Assembly: GCA_000165345.1 (NCBI GenBank)
Contig: CM000432.1
Coordinates: 416,001-480,000 of the forward strand
Direction: 5' to 3'
Length of the DNA: 64,000 nt
Shown here: positions 63,921-64,000 of the stretch, in pieces
How positions within the stretch are numbered: position 1 is the stretch's first letter
Layout of the letters: each line of letters begins with the position of its first letter
Notes under the pieces: model-generated
What the model saw: only the letters and a program-made list of their open reading frames with translations
Told to the model about the DNA's origin: nothing
Database searches by the model: none
Program-made: the position numbers and the translations under genes

Positions 63921-64000
63921 ATGCTATCGAAAGGAATTTAGAAAATAAATTTAAAACTAGGCTACTAGAATTAACTTTGTTTTCAGACATTCAATTTTCC

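Overview
This window is an AT-rich (about 27-30% GC), gene-dense eukaryotic nuclear segment with about 32 protein-coding genes on both strands. I found no rRNA, tRNA, transposon or CRISPR-like elements. Several genes carry short introns (53-71 nt, one of 301 nt) with GTAAGT donors and YAG acceptors. The organism is probably an apicomplexan of the Cryptosporidium type. The reasons are an ApiAP2-like DNA-binding domain, repeated intergenic TGCATGCA palindromes and E2F-like GGCGGGAA / TGGCGCCA boxes, and N/I/K-rich low-complexity proteins. Genes confidently called by homology are myosin heavy chain, NOG1 GTPase, AMP deaminase, a DDX31/Dbp7-like DEAD-box helicase, a CDC48/AFG2-family double AAA ATPase, a CCR4 deadenylase, thioredoxin, nucleoside diphosphate kinase and a Tctex-1 dynein light chain. 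Other homology-based calls, at lower confidence (0.5-0.75), are a second CCR4/nocturnin-family nuclease, an NF-YB/NC2beta histone-fold protein, a RING finger protein, an ORC2-like protein, and two PGAP1/DUF676-type serine hydrolases, one of them SERAC1-like. Three genes are absent from or fragmented in the supplied ORF track and were rebuilt by hand from splice signals and homology. They are snRNP SmE (2 exons), a syntaxin-6-like Qc-SNARE (4 exons) and a small 4-exon multi-pass membrane protein. The 5' ends of thioredoxin and NOG1 were also rebuilt across introns. The ORF track treats TTG and GTG as start codons, so several starts were moved to the first in-frame ATG. Other points of note are a perfect 180-bp tandem duplication inside the ER/K-rich helical region of the myosin, a GC-rich Ala/Gly/Pro-rich surface-type membrane protein gene, a GC-elevated CCR4 gene, and E2F-like boxes in the divergent ORC2/NDK promoter. 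I see no single large novel system. The window looks like ordinary core chromosome with several annotation-level discoveries.
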